A stretch of 64,000 nucleotides of DNA from Scyliorhinus canicula (lineage: Eukaryota). Where the stretch lies: positions 116,094,033 through 116,158,032 of the forward strand of contig NC_052152.1 in assembly GCF_902713615.1 (NCBI RefSeq), written 5' to 3'. This document shows, piece after piece, positions 24,170 to 37,579 of the stretch (position 1 is the first letter of the stretch; every line of letters starts with the position of its first letter). Made by a program: the position numbers and the translations under genes. A model generated the notes under the pieces. The model did not search any database. It saw only the letters and a program-made list of their open reading frames with translations, and was not told the DNA's origin.

Positions 24170-25790
24170 AAATGAATATTTTTTCACACAGTGTTCACAC
24201 AGGAAAAAAGACAATGTTGTCGAGGGAAATATTCAGATACAGGCTATTAGACTAAAAGGGCTTGAGGTTCATAAGGAGGAGGTGTTAGCGATTCTGGAAA
24301 GTGTGAAAATAGATAAGTCCCCTGGGCCGGATGGGATTTATCCTAGGATTCTCTAGGAAGCTAGGGAGGAGATTGCTGAGCCTTTGGCTTTGATCTTTAA
24401 GTCATCTTTTGTCTACAGGAATAGTGCCGGAAGACTGGAGGATAGCAAATGTTGTCCCCTTGTTCAAGAAGGGGAGTAGAGACAACCCCGGTAACGATAG
24501 ACCAGTGAGCCTTACTTCTGTTGTGGGCAAAGTATTGGAAAGGTTTATAAGAGATAGGATGTATAATCATCTGGAAAGGAATAATTTGATTAGAGATAGT
24601 CAACATGGTTTTGTGAAGGGTAGGTCGTGCCTCACAAACCTTTATTGAGTTCTTTGAGAAGGTGACCAAACAGGTGGATGAGGGTAAAGCAGTTGATGTG
24701 TATATGGATTTCAGTAAAGCGTTTGATAAGGTTCCCCACGGTAGGCTATTGCAGAAAATACGGAGGCATGGGATTCAAGGTGATTTAGCAATTTGGATCA
24801 GAAATTGGCTAGCTGGAAGACGACAAAGGGTGGTGGTTGATGGGAAATGTTCTGACTGGAGTCCAGTTACTAGTGGTGTACCACAAGGATCTGTTTTGGG
24901 GCCACTGCTGTTTGTCATTTTTAGGCTTTGAAGGATGGGTGAGTAAATTTGCAGATGACATTAAAGTTGGTGGAGTTGTGGCCAGTGCAGAAGGACGTTA
25001 CAAGTTACAGAGGGACATAGATACGCTGCAGAGCTGGGCTGTCAGGTGGTAAATGGAGTTTAATGCAGAAAAGTGTGAGGTGATTCATTTTGGAAGGAAT
25101 AACAGGAAGACAGAGTACTGGGCTAATGGTAAGATTCTTGGTAGTGTGGATGAGCAGAGATCTCGGTGTCATGGTTAAGAAGGTGTGCGGTGTGTTAGCT
25201 TTTATTGGTAGAGGAATTGAGTTTCAGAGCCATGAGGTCATGTTGTAGTTGTACAAAACTCTGGTGCGGCCGCATTTGGAGTATTGCATGCAGTTCTGGT
25301 TGCCGCATTGTAGGAAGGATGTGGAAGCATTGGAAAGGGTGCAGAGGAGATTTACCAGGATGTTGCCTGGTATGGAGGGAAGATCTTATGAAGAAAGGCT
25401 GAGGGACTTGAGGTTGTTTTCGTTAGAGAGAAGGTTAAGAGGTGACTTAATTGAGGCACACAAGATGATCAGAGGATTAGATAGGGTGGACAGTAAGAGC
25501 CTTTTTCCTCGGATGGTGATGTCTAGCACGAGGGGACATAGCTTTAAATTGAGGGGAGATAGATATAGGACAGATGTCAGAGGTAGGTTCCTTACTCAGA
25601 GCAGTACGGGCGTGGAATGCCCTGCCTGCAACAGCAGTGGACTCGCCAACACTAAGGGCATTCAAATGGTCATTGGATAGACATATGGACGATAAGGGAA
25701 TAGTGTAGATGGGCTTTAGAGGGGTTTCACAGGTCGGCGCAACATCGAGGGCCGAAGGGCCTGTACTGCTCTGTAATGTTCTATGTTCTT
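24170..25790 (+). mobile_element. CR1 (HER1-like) LINE, 5'-truncated, degenerate RT + 3' tail
   Basis: [71 protein letters not shown]; tail TTCTATGTTCT. Confidence 0.93.
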
Positions 25791-25916
25791 TTCTCCAAGG
25801 AAAGAGTCCCAACTTCTCCAATTTATCTTCATAACCGACGTTCCTCATTTTGACCCCATCCATTCTGAAAGATTTATTCCCCAATTATAAATAAACCTTG
25901 ATGATAGATCCCTCAC

Positions 25917-26015
25917 CTTGATATCCCTCAGAATGTAGTTAATCCGGTGATCTGTAACCCTGTCCTGGGTGAAGTTATAGGTACGAATTCTCTCAGATTG
26001 TGCTCTTGTCCCAAC
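25917..26015 (-). CDS. MTRF1: MTRF1 coding exon 8 (99 nt)
   Basis: [33 protein letters not shown]; actag|...|GTGAGG. Confidence 0.95.
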
Positions 26016-27085
26016 CTAGTGGAAACAAATCTTCAAGTGAATCCCCTACTATAATTCAAAGCTGTACATCATTTAGTAAAAGCTATTGTTCTGAACTTGA
26101 AAATTAATCAAGTGGAGCGTTAAAACACCGGAGTAAAAAGTGTGAGGATTATCCATTCATCCATTATATGAACATATATATTCCAATGTGACAGCTTTAC
26201 AATTCTTTATGGGGTGTGTGGAGAGTGGGATTGGTAGGAAGTTTCACCAGATCTTTATAGGCCATGTAGTTCAGCAAACCCCAGAATACACACACATGCG
26301 GAGCTGTGAGGGAATAGCTGCTTTGAGGTATTTCAAAACCATTAATGCAACAAATCACAGCACAGCCAATGATCAAAGAGCCCAAACACTCCATAGAATT
26401 CCTACAGTGCAGAAGGGGGCTATTCTGCCCATCCAATCCACACCGACCCTCTGAAAGAGCACTCCACCCAGGCCCACATCCCCATAACCCAACCCAACCT
26501 GCACATCCCCGGGCACCAACGGGCAATTTAGCATGACCAATCCACCTAATGTGCACACCTTTGGACTGTGGGAGGAAACCGGAGCACACGGGAGGAAATC
26601 CACACAGAATCGAGAAGAATGTACAAACTCCACACAGTTACCCAAGGCCAGAATCGAACCCGGGTCCCTAAACTCCGACGGCCACATTTTGGCCCACTCA
26701 TTTAACCTATCTATATCCATTTCTAAGGTCTATTTCCTCATAGCAACTTACTGTCCCACCTATTTTTGTGTCATCTGCAAATTTGGCAATAGAACCTTCT
26801 ATCCCTGTATCCAAGTCGTTAATATAGATTGTCAATAGTTGGGGCCCAAGGACCAAACCCTGTGCACACCATCTTGCCATCCAGAAAAAGACCCATTAAT
26901 CCTGACTCTCTGTCTTCTGTCTGTCAGACAGTCTTCCATCCAAGCTAATAAATTATCCCTAATCCCATGTGATCTAATCTTGTGTATTCCAGTGACTTCA
27001 AATTTCAGGAAATGATGAACTCTGGTCAAACCTGTAACCTACTAATGAGTTGGTCGGTGCGATACATTGTTCCTTATGGATTTAC

Positions 27086-27222
27086 CTGGAGTTTCCGGGT
27101 ACTCTGCCTCTGCTCCAGATCCTTTTCTGCAGCCTGCTGGTACAGTTTTGCTTTCAATATACGAATGGCCAGCTTTCTGTTCTCTAACTGTGAACGGTGT
27201 TGTTGGCATTCTATTGTTAAAC
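27086..27222 (-). CDS. MTRF1: MTRF1 coding exon 7 (137 nt)
   Basis: LTIECQQHRSQLENRKLAIRILKAKLYQQAAEKDLEQRQSTRKLQ; cctag|...|GTAAAT. Confidence 0.93.
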
Positions 27223-27655
27223 CTAGGAAGGTTAAACTGCATTAATGACAATCTGGTTATTAGCACCCAAAAAAAACACATGTTTTTCAGGAATCTTACA
27301 AATTTCAGATCTGCCTCAGTTACTCTTTCTCAGATTCAGTGGTATAGGTCAGTCCTGTAAGCGATCTTTGTACATGCAGCAATGTGCCTGCACTACCCAA
27401 CATCTAATCACAGGTGTAACACCAGGATCCCTTTGCAATTTGAGCCAGCCAGCATGCTATCAGTTTGTGTCCGGCTCCAAGTTGACAGGAGGCAGACGGA
27501 AACATTTTAGTGAGATGAGGTCTGGTTTAAATTAAGTAAGTTTACAGTTTATCTTGGAGACATAAGGAGCAACACAGGGTAAAGGGTATAAGTAAATCAA
27601 ACTTAGTGGCTAACTGACTTTCTCATCTTCTGCCCCATTGCAGGATTTCTGCCCT

Positions 27656-28003
27656 GGGCAGCACGGTAGCATTGTGGATAGCACAATCGCTTCACAGCTC
27701 CAAGGTCCCAGGTTCGATTCCGGCTTGGGTCACTGTCTGTGCGGAGTCTGCACATCCTCCCCGTGTGTGCGTGGGTTTCCTCCGGGTGCTCCGGTTTCCT
27801 CCCACACTCCAAAGATGTGCAGGTTAGGTGGATTGGCCATGATAAATTGCCCTTAGTGTCCAAAATTGCCCTTAGTGTTGGGTGGGGTTACTGGGTTATG
27901 GGGATGGGGCGGAGGTGTTAACCTTGGGTAGGGTGCTCTTTCCAGGAGCCGGTGCAGACTCGATGGGCCGAATGGCCTCCTTCTGCACTGTAAAATTCTA
28001 TGA
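27656..28003 (+). mobile_element. tRNA-derived V-SINE (HE1-like) with CR1 tail; similar copies at 8576-8912+, 15645-15945-, 17958-18286+, 23675-24025-, 26392-26668-, 48517-48860+, 50200-50510+, 50640-50935-, 51635-51925+, 57718-58085+
   Basis: A/B boxes (TAGCA..GTGG, GGTTCGATTCC), V-domain GGGTTTCCTCCGGGTGCTCCGGTTTCCTCCCAC, tail GGGCCGAATGGCCTCCTTCTGCACTGTA..TTCTATG. Confidence 0.9.
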
Positions 28004-28427
28004 TCAACCTGTCAATAAAGCCAAGAGAATTTTCTCCATTCAGTAAGGCAGGGAAGAGGGAGTTTTCCCAACCATGCTGAATGGAGAAAATGCTCTTGTC
28101 AAATGAGTGTGAACCCTGCTGAATTAACAGCCTCAATATTAACCTTCCTTATCCTCGCTACCACATTACAGCGGGCAGGAGAGCTGAAACTCTGTCCACG
28201 GGGTATGTTAAATTGCCCCAAGTGCCCAAACAAAATGTGTAGGTTAGGTTAAGGGGTCATTGGGATAGAATGCGGGAGTGAGCTTGGATGGAATGCTCTT
28301 TCAGAGGGTCGGTGCAGATTTGATAGTCCGAATGGCCTCCTTTTGCACTGTGAGGATTCTATGAGGGATTCTATTTTGGCCATTGGCTGTTAGGCAGGGC
28401 ATTAGAAGTAAAAATCATGATGAGGTA

Positions 28428-28643
28428 TGATGCACGATCAATAACTCAAAGCGAGATTGGTGTACAATTGAAGGCTTTATTGGACTAGATGTTTCCCCCA
28501 GCAGCGCAGGTACAGAATGCAGCAGCTGGGGAGACACTGACTCTTATACTCCGCCTTACTGGGTGGAACCAGCAGGCAGGCTTCACCAATGATCTTAGAG
28601 CATCAACCTAGGTACCGTAATACCTCTAATACTGACTACCACA
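28428..28643 (-). mobile_element. Solo LTR (216 bp), TSD AGGTA
   Basis: AGGTA|TG...CA|AGGTA; AATAAA and TATA-like motif on - strand. Confidence 0.85.
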
Positions 28644-29062
28644 AGGTACTGCTGTTAAATTCAGCGGGACCTCCAGGTTCCCAGTCTTCCTGTGTTCCTT
28701 GGCTGTTTCTGGTCTCATCCAACACTCTGTAAATATCATGACCAACAAGTTAACTAACTCCTGTCTGAGTTTAAATGTAGGCTATTAACATTCAACACAC
28801 TGCCCAGCTTTAATGCATTTCTGCAATACCTGATCCATTAAGGTATAAACTTACATTCCTAGTGGCTCGATGGACACTTCAACGTAAACATCCTTCTGAA
28901 ATGCAACTTGTTTCCAACTCTTTGTGGGGAAATGGTCTAGGAATTTCAATAGTGGATGGTACCAGTGGCAGGAATATTGGTGCAATATGTTCCTCAGATA
29001 GGCTGCACATTATTGCACAGGAAAACCAAAGAATTTAACAGAAAAAGTGGACAGTTACTCAC

Positions 29063-29180
29063 TTGTTGGGATATGAACAATTCTCACTGCACTGTCTGTT
29101 GTATTTACATGTTGTCCTCCAGCTCCTTTGGCTCGAAAGGTATCAATCCTCAAATCATTGAGATCTACTTTGATATCTAT
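29063..29180 (-). CDS. MTRF1: MTRF1 coding exon 6 (118 nt; catalytic GGQ)
   Basis: [39 protein letters not shown]; tttcag|...|GTGAGT. Confidence 0.95.
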
Positions 29181-29449
29181 CTGAAACAAAGAGTGGGTTA
29201 AAACAGAGCATTAACTGTTTGTGTCATTGAAGTGACCCGAGCAATTCAGTTTTCTGAGAACCAACTTTCTCACACCAACATGTTCTGAAGTGCCCAGTCA
29301 TTTAAATGCATTGGCTACATCATCAGTAACACTCTCAGTAATATTGCAGGATTTCTGCAATTGACAGTATCTGAAACTCAAAACTGGACACAGACAAGAA
29401 AGCAAACTAAACCTCACAGAGTCACTGGCAGAGTTTCTGTAACATTCTT

Positions 29450-31560
29450 GGCAGCCTTCTGTCTCGCAAGATGATGGTTTGCGCCAAGGTGGCCAAGTCT
29501 GTGTTAACCTGGTGTGTCTCAGGAGTCCCACTCGGATATGGTGGTCTCGGCCATATTTGCTGCAGAGGAGGATGTTGGGCTGAGAAGCATCACAATTTGC
29601 CAGCCTCTCTGGACCCTCTGCTTGGCCAGATTACCTTTTCATTTCTGCTAGCCTCTGCCAACATCCTTGAGACCATTAGCCTCCATAAGTCAAGGCCATC
29701 TCCCAGTTGTCAGTGCCAATGTCTGCCATCTTCATATGTCGCTTGTAGCAGAGGTATGGCTGCCCAGGAGGTTGTGACCCTGGCGCAGCCATATTGGCTT
29801 AGCAAGGAACATATGTGGGAAGAATTGGCACACTTCAGGACCTCTGAGTCGGTGACCATGTCCTGCCAAGAAATGCTGAGAAGACATCTGAGACGGTGAA
29901 GGTGGTTAAATATTCAACCTTCTGCCCAGCATCTGTTGTCCAGGTCTCACTACTATAGAGGGCAGCGCTGAGGACGCAGACTTGGTTGACTCTCAGTTTG
30001 GTGTTTTTAGTCAGGTTGCTGCTGTTCCGTACTTTTACTCAGCATGGACATAACAGCTGCAGCTTTTGTGATGTTGTTGATCTTAACATCAAGATACAGA
30101 TTGTTGGTGATTGTGGAGTCTCAATATGTGAAGATCCCAGCAACCTCCCAGCTTCACATTGTCAATGCCGATCGATGGCAGTATGTCAACATCCTGGACC
30201 ATGGCATTTGTCTTCCTGATGGTGATGGTCAAACTAAACTGAGTCTGTCTATTTGCTGCTGAAGGTGTTCCTCAGTATGGAGTGTTAGCGTGGCATCATC
30301 AATGTCGAGCAACTCTCTATTGAGGACTTAGTGAACCTTTGTCTTGGATCCCAGGGAGCAAAGCTGAGCAGTTTTCTATCAGTTCTGGTATGTACGTCCA
30401 TACCCTGTGTGGATCACTTGAACACACGTGACAGCAGCAAGGAGAAGGAAATTCCAAAGATATATGTCAGAACAAAACTCTATTTGACCCCACTGTGGAT
30501 GTGAAAGGTCCCAACATTGTCCTGTCATAGCGGACATTACCCATCATGTTGTCATGAGAAGAGGAGATCACATTGAGCAGCTTCAGTGCGGCAGCTAATG
30601 TTCTACAGCAACTTAAATAAGACTGCCCCTGCTGACATGGTCAAATTCCTTGGTGACGACAAAGGCGATATATACTGATCTCCTTTGCTCATGATACATC
30701 TCCTGTAACTGCTGGGCTGGGAAGATCATGTGAAATTCTAGATTTTCCAGTTCTGGATTCATACTGGGATTTGGGAGAAATGCATTCAGCCAGGATGTGC
30801 AGTCTGACAAGGGTAACACTGGCAAATACCTTTCCCATGATGCTTCGCAAGGAGATGCCTCAATAGTTGTTTCAATTACTCTGGTCACCCTTGTTCTTAC
30901 ACAGGGTCACAATGTTTGGATCACACATCGTGAGGCACTGCTCCCTCCCTCCCTCCAGCAGCTGAAGTTTGTGCAGAAGCTGCAGGGTTATCGGTTTCCT
31001 GTGACTGATGAGTTCAGGCAGTATAGCATCAGCACTTGGGAGTTTTCCCCATGGCAAATGAGTCATTTTTGCTTAGTTCCTCCACTGTGGGTTTGATATC
31101 CAGCTCTGCCATGACAGGCAGGCTTTCGAGGTATCTTGAGCTTTCTCGGTGGCATTGTTCTCCCCCGACCACAACTCAAGGTAGTGCTTCACCAATCTCT
31201 CCAAATGTTAAATGCAGTTGGTGATGACTTCCACTGCTTTTGTTTTCAAAGGAGCTATTCTCTTTGCTGAAAGACCTGTTGCCTTTTTGATCTCTTCATA
31301 TATGCCCCCAGCATCCCGTGTCGAAAGACATCTGGATATTCTGTCAAGAGTTGTAACCAGAAATTATTGATGTGCCACTTAGCAATCTGTTAGGCTTCGG
31401 TCTGAACACTCAGAGTCTTCTCTCGCGGATCCCTCGTGTAATTAATGCGAGTGAACCACTTGGCTTTGATGACAGGTTATATCACAGTGATGTTAGCCTT
31501 AAATCAGTCAGCAATTTTCTGCTCTTGCTTTCCATATGTTGAGAGTGTGGTATCAGAGAT
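29450..31560 (-). mobile_element. RTE-clade LINE fragment (degenerate RT)
   Basis: GK.P.ADAI.PEL, IVTL.KNKGD.SN, GISL.SIMGKVFA, QLQE...EQRR..YIAFV..TKEFD.VSR. Confidence 0.8.
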
Positions 31561-33590
31561 GGAGTTTCAAAGCAAGTTCCAATCGCTGTTTCTTTCCATT
31601 AAATAGTATTCCTTGACGTTAAGAGTTGCAAGTTGGTGCAGTTTTGTTAAATACAGGTGAGGATGGGCTTACCACCCAAAGAAGCAATAGAAGTGCCCCA
31701 GCCTTCACCTGCAATAAGCCCATTTAAAATCACTGACTTTAAAAACTAGAATTTTATTTTAGATTTTCTTTATTCTTTCAATAGATGTAGGTGTCACTGA
31801 CAAGTCCAGCATTTGTTTCCCATCCCTAATTGCCCTTGGAGCTGATTGGCTTACCACACCATTTGAGAGTCACCCACGTTGCTGTGGGCCTGGAATCACA
31901 TGTGCACCAGACCGGGTAAGCATTGCAGATTTCCTACCTTAGAGGACATCAGTGAACGAGATTGGCTTTTATGGCAAATAACAATTGTTTCATGAGACTC
32001 ATTACCTATTACTGTAGTTACTATTACCATTACTGAGACTAGTTTTTCAATTCCCAGATTTATTCATTAAATTTTATATTCCAACTGCCGTGGTGGGATT
32101 TGAACCCATGTTCCCAGAGCATTGGCCTGGCTTCTGGATATGACGTCCAGTGACATCATCATTATGCCACCATCTCCCTCCCCGAACCACTTGCTACTTG
32201 CCCTCGTTTCCAAAATTAAAAATTGTTTGATGTGAAAAGAATACTGTATAAAGGTCCTGACGATGGCCAGAGAACATGAACACAATTTAAAGAGCCTCTG
32301 AACTCGATGTCAGCTTGGAGGCGTGGTCATCCTTGTGAGCTACGCCTAATTCAGCAAATTAAATCTTCAATCAGTATAAAAGGATTGTGGAAAGTACGAC
32401 TGTGGGTTTTATTTTGTGGGTGGAACCAATTCACTAACATTTAAAGCTCGCCAATGTTTCCTCTGCTTTGACCCATTCCATCCAGGTGGCATTGATATTG
32501 CTGGCAAAACCCAATGGAAATTCTACCCAATGATTCTCAGTTATTTCCAGATTAAGATTACAAATGCATTTACTAATTGAAAATCAAGACACTGATAACA
32601 TTTCCAACCAGCATGAAACAGTATGATGGGATCACAGGGTCAAACAACTGGAGAAAGTTGATCAAATCCACAAAAGATGACCATGCAGATATTTGAAATG
32701 AAATGAAAATCGCTTATTGTCACAAGTAGACTTCAATGAAGTTACTGTGAAAAGCCCCTAGTCGCCACATTCCGGCGCCTGTCCGGGGAGGCTGGTACGG
32801 GAATCGAACCGTGCTGCTGGCCTGCTTGGTCTGCTTTAAAAGCCAGCGATTTAGCCCACTGAGCTAAACCAGCCCCTGGTCTACTACAATCATTCATGCT
32901 TCCCCGTCAGACAATTCCTTCCAACAAAACTTTCCGGTGAAAACGATTTGGGCAGCCACTGTAATCTGAGATGTGTTTAGTATTAACACCTGGAGTGAGG
33001 AGCTCAAGCAGGGAAGTGGTGGCACAGTGGTTAGCACTCCCACAGTCCAAAGATGTGGAGGTTAGGTGGATTGGCCATGCTAAATTGTCCCTTAGTGTCC
33101 ACAGATGTGCAGGTTAGGTGGGGTTAAGGGAATAGGGTGGGGGATGGGCCTAGGTATGCTCTTTCAGATGGTAGGTGCAGACACAATGGCCTCCTTCTGC
33201 ACTGCAGAGATTCAATGGAACTATGGAACAGCCAGGAAACTCGAGCTGTCATAAATCGCCCGTTAGTGTCCAAAGATATGTAGGTTAGGTGGGATAGGGC
33301 AGGGGAGTGGGCCTAGATAGGATGCCATTTCCCGAACAGCCTCTTCTGCATTGTAGGAATTCAATGGTCCAGCGTCCCACCATGTTACAGCCATTTGCAT
33401 TAAAAAGAGACTGTTTACTTGGCCTACACCCCTTCCCCACCACATTTTTTGTATTAAACAGAATACCGTTCACGGTCTGTTCACTTCCGTCTTACCTCAT
33501 CAATACAGGGCAAAACATGGTGTCAAGGATGGGTGTGGTGGGACAGTGGCAAGGAGGGCAGTGCCAGCATGCATGTGTTGACTATCTCAC

Positions 33591-33763
33591 CTCATCAATT
33601 TGGGGTAGGACGATGACTGTCATGGTGCCAGTATGGATGCGCTGCATTCGCGATGACAGGCCCACTGCAGGAATCCTCTGAACTCTGTGGGTTCCACCTT
33701 CAAACTTTAAAAAGCGATAAACATAATCCCCTGAAATACATGCCGATGCATGATGTAATCCTC
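33591..33763 (-). CDS. MTRF1: MTRF1 coding exon 5 (173 nt; codon-recognition loop)
   Basis: GLHHASACISGDYVYRFLKFEGGTHRVQRIPAVGLSSRMQRIHTGTMTVIVLPQIDE; tttaag|...|GTGAGA. Confidence 0.95.
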
Positions 33764-35299
33764 CTTAAAAGGGGAGAACATAAATTAAAACAGCTCAGTA
33801 AAAGGAATCCACCAACAGTCCATGATGTGGAGCAACAAAACACCCCCACGCTCCATTCATGACTGGATTGTGGGACAGGGGGAAGATCAACATTTACTTT
33901 AGCTACCCTCTTCCTTTTAATGTACTTGTAAAAGCTCTTAACACCTGTTTTGTATTCCTGGCTTTTTATAACATTTTGGTGGCACTTTATGAGTCTCGGT
34001 CTACTAATCTCTCACTTCCTAATCCTCTTTAATTTGGGGATTTCTGGTTTGGTTTTTCTAACTGATTGGATGATTCCTTTTGACCCCATTTTCCCTTTCA
34101 TTATGACTCCCACTCCCCCTCATGCCCTATTGTGTTAACAATAATTATTCAGCAGTCACCTAGGGGGACATCAGGTTACAGGAAGTGCATTCGAAATGCC
34201 ACTGACTTATAAAATAGCCACAGCACTGAAGGAGGTCATTTGACCCACCGGGTCCCTGCTGGCTCTCTGCGAGAGATATTTAGTTAGTCCTACTACCCAG
34301 GCCCATTCCACGTAGCCCTGCAATCTTTTTTTCTCTTTAGATAATGATCCAATTCCCATTTGAAAGCCACAGTTGAATCTGTCTCCACCACATTCTCATG
34401 CAACACATTCTAGATCCTAACCACTCATCGTGTAAAAAAGGTTTCACCTGATGTCGTTTCTGGTTCTTTTGCCGATCATCTTAAATCTGTTTCCTCAGGT
34501 TCTCGTCCCTTCCACCAATGGGAGCAGTTTCTCACTATCTGTTCTGTCCAGACCCCTCATGATTTTGAACACCTCTGTCAAATCTGCTCTCAACCTTCTC
34601 TTCTCCAAGAAGGATGGCCCCAACTTCTCATGAATCTTTTCTGCACCCTCTCTGATGCCTTCACATTCTTCCTAAAATGTGATGCCCAGAATTGGACACA
34701 AAACTCCAGTTGAGACTGAACTACTGTTTTATAAAGGTTCATTAATGTCTTGCTTCTGTACACTGTGCCTCTATTTATAAAACCCAGGATTGTGCGTGCC
34801 ATTTTAACCAGTTTTGCCACCTACTCTACCATCTTCAACAACCTGGGCACATATATCCCAAGGTCTTCTGCTCCAATGGCATCTTTAGAATTACACCCTT
34901 TTGTTTTTATTCCCTCTCCTGATTTCCCTACCAATATGTATCGCATCACACTTCTCTGCATTGAATTCCATCTGGCACGTACCAATCATTCCACCAAATC
35001 TCTCTGTCCTCTTGAAGTCTATCACTATCCTCCTCACAGTTTTTTTAAAAATTTAGTGTACCCAATTCATTTTTTCCAATTCAGGGGCAATTTTAACGTG
35101 GCCAATCCACCAACCTTGCACATTTTTGGGTTGTGGGGGTGAAACCCACGCAAACACGGGAGAATGTGCAAACTCCACATGGACAGTGACCCAGAGCCGG
35201 GATCGGACCTGGGACCTCGCTGCCGTGAGGCTGCAGGGCTAACCACTGCGCCACCGTGCTGCCCTATCTTCCTCACAGTGGGCTATACTACCAAGTCTT

Positions 35300-35524
35300 T
35301 TTTTTTTTAAATTTAGATTACCCAATTATTTTTTCCAATTAAGGGGCAATTTAGCGTGGCCAATCCACCTACTCTGCACATTTTTGGGTTGTGGGGGTGA
35401 AACCCACGCAGACACGGGGAGAATGTGCAAACTCCACACAGACAGTGACCCAGAGCCGGGATTGAACCTGGGACCTCAGCGCCGTGAGGCGGTTGTGCTA
35501 ACCACTAGGCCACCGTGCTGCCCT
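35300..35524 (-). mobile_element. Short SINE subfamily with A/T tail and long TSD; copies at 1250-1453, 16527-16755, 17062-17280, 35041-35263, 40125-40340, 47424-48130, 63043-63260
   Basis: tRNA head + shortened V-domain + TAATTGGG(T)A.TCTAAATTT-A/T tail; TSD GGCTATACTACCAAGTCTT at 35281-35299 and 35525-35543. Confidence 0.88.
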
Positions 35525-36263
35525 GGCTATACTACCAAGTCTTGTGTCACCTGCATTATTTGAAATCGTGCCCCGTGCACCTAAATCTAAGTCATTGATA
35601 TAATATTCTAAAATTAACCTCTGGGAAACTCCATTGCACATCTTTCTATAAACAGAAAAACAACCGTTCACACCACTACTCTGTTTTCTGTCATTTAGCC
35701 AATTCTGTATCCATGCTGCCTCTGTCCCTTTTATTCCATGAACTTCGAGTCCAGTATTCCAGGACATTCTCTTTCTCCATCAGTTATATTCTCCTTAAAT
35801 CATACTGTCACCCTCTTCCTTTCATTCCTTCTCTATTTTTCCTGCACACCTTGTAGTCAGGAATATTTTGCACCCTTTTTTCAAGCTAGGACCTCGTTAT
35901 TGCTACAAATGAAATTTCCATGAGGCTAAAGAAGCCTGCAGCTCACCAATCTCATTTGCCACACTTCTTGCATTTACATCAAGCAAATTTAGATCTTAAT
36001 TTGACCCCAACTAATACCTTACTGTTTTTCTGACGCCAGTGCTATCTCCCAATCTTTTTTGAACCTTATCTCTTCTTACTGATGCCATTCATTTAGATGG
36101 TCTTTCTGGAATATTGGAGACTACAGGAGAATATTCTCCCTTTGCACAGCTTTCTGGGTGTGCTGGCTCTGATTCAGGAATGGTGTTAGCAGGCTGTGTT
36201 TACACGCTGTAGGCCCGGAGCGTTTGGGAGCTTTGTCTCCACGCTGGAATGAAAACCAATTAC

Positions 36264-36371
36264 CATAGTCAGCAGGTGTATAGTTCAGTACTTCAAAGTT
36301 CCAGTCTTTGAAGTGTGCGTATCGCTCGTACATGTCAAAAACCTCCCTTGTAAACTGCTGGCAAATGTCAC
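36264..36371 (-). CDS. MTRF1: MTRF1 coding exon 4 (108 nt)
   Basis: GDICQQFTREVFDMYERYAHFKDWNFEVLNYTPADYG; ttcag|...|GTAATT. Confidence 0.93.
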
Positions 36372-37579
36372 CTGAAGAACAAGGAAACCAGGAGTCAACA
36401 CAGGTTGGTTGAGAGAAGCAGGAAAAGTCTTTCTAATTTCCTTCCCTTTCTGATGGCCCGAACACAGCAGAACCCCTCAAGCAATTCACCCAATAGCAGC
36501 CTCGACAAGGAACAGGCGGTTTACTATTGAGCTAGAGGTCGTCAGAATCGAGCCTACTCCACTCTGGAAAGAGGACCCTACTTAAGCGCACACCTTCACC
36601 CTATCCCCATAACCCAGCAGCCCCACCTAGTCTTTTGGACACTAAAGGGCAATTTAGCATGGCCAATCCACCAAAAGCAGGTGCATGTTTCTCTGCTTAT
36701 GTATGAATGATATTTGTGTGTTGCATGTTTCAAGCTTTATTTATTTTTTTCTGATATTGTGACTTTGGGATCAAAGTTTAAGTGATTTAAGCTAAACAGC
36801 TAAAAGGGAAGTGTATTGAATAAAGCTTTCTTTTCAAAAGTTATCAACATGTATTCATGTTTACTGGCCAGAAGTATGATTACAGGATATTTTGATAAAC
36901 ATGTGGGAATTTTATTGGACACAAATTCACACATGAGAATGAAAGTTTTTATTTGATAGGGTTAATTAATACTTGGGATACCTGAAATGATTATGACCAA
37001 TCCTGTGTTGGATTGATCTTGGGTTAAAACCGCTTGTCAAGTCCAGAGTTATTCCTGGCACAAAGAAAAAGGAAAGGTATGAGATTGGATACCGAGGAAA
37101 AGGTTGAAAATGAGAGATTGTGAAATAAAAATGAGTCTCAGATCGTGTTCTTGGTTGATTAAAACAAAATAAGGATGGTGACATAATGACGTCCATTTGA
37201 GAACTTTTACTGTACCCCTTTTCAAACTAGCAAGAGAATTAACTCATCTGCTCACAGCTGTAGCACATCACAGCTGAAGATGTACTTACATTTTTGCATG
37301 AATTGAGAATTACAGCATTTTGAATTTTCAGATATGCTCAGATGAATTAACCCATTTTGCCCCAAGCAGGATGGATCTTCTATGTTTTGTTTTACAGGTA
37401 ACTGCAAGTTGAACAAGATTTGAAGTAGCTTTAATAATTTGAGAATTTGTTTGTAGACACTGAATGTTGCAGCAATAATCAGCTCATTTTAAAATCTAGT
37501 AAAAGGGGGGGCGGGCATCTAGTGAGGAGTTACAAAAGACAGAAAGGATGGAGGAGTGCGAGGTTACATTCACAATCTT

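Noticed and set aside
27656-27730. tRNA-like sequences with A/B boxes (many copies)
   Set aside because: They are SINE heads running into V-domain bodies; no complete cloverleaf
26392-28003. Inverted SINEs flanking MTRF1 exon 7 as a circRNA signal
   Set aside because: Expected by chance at this SINE density; no support without RNA data
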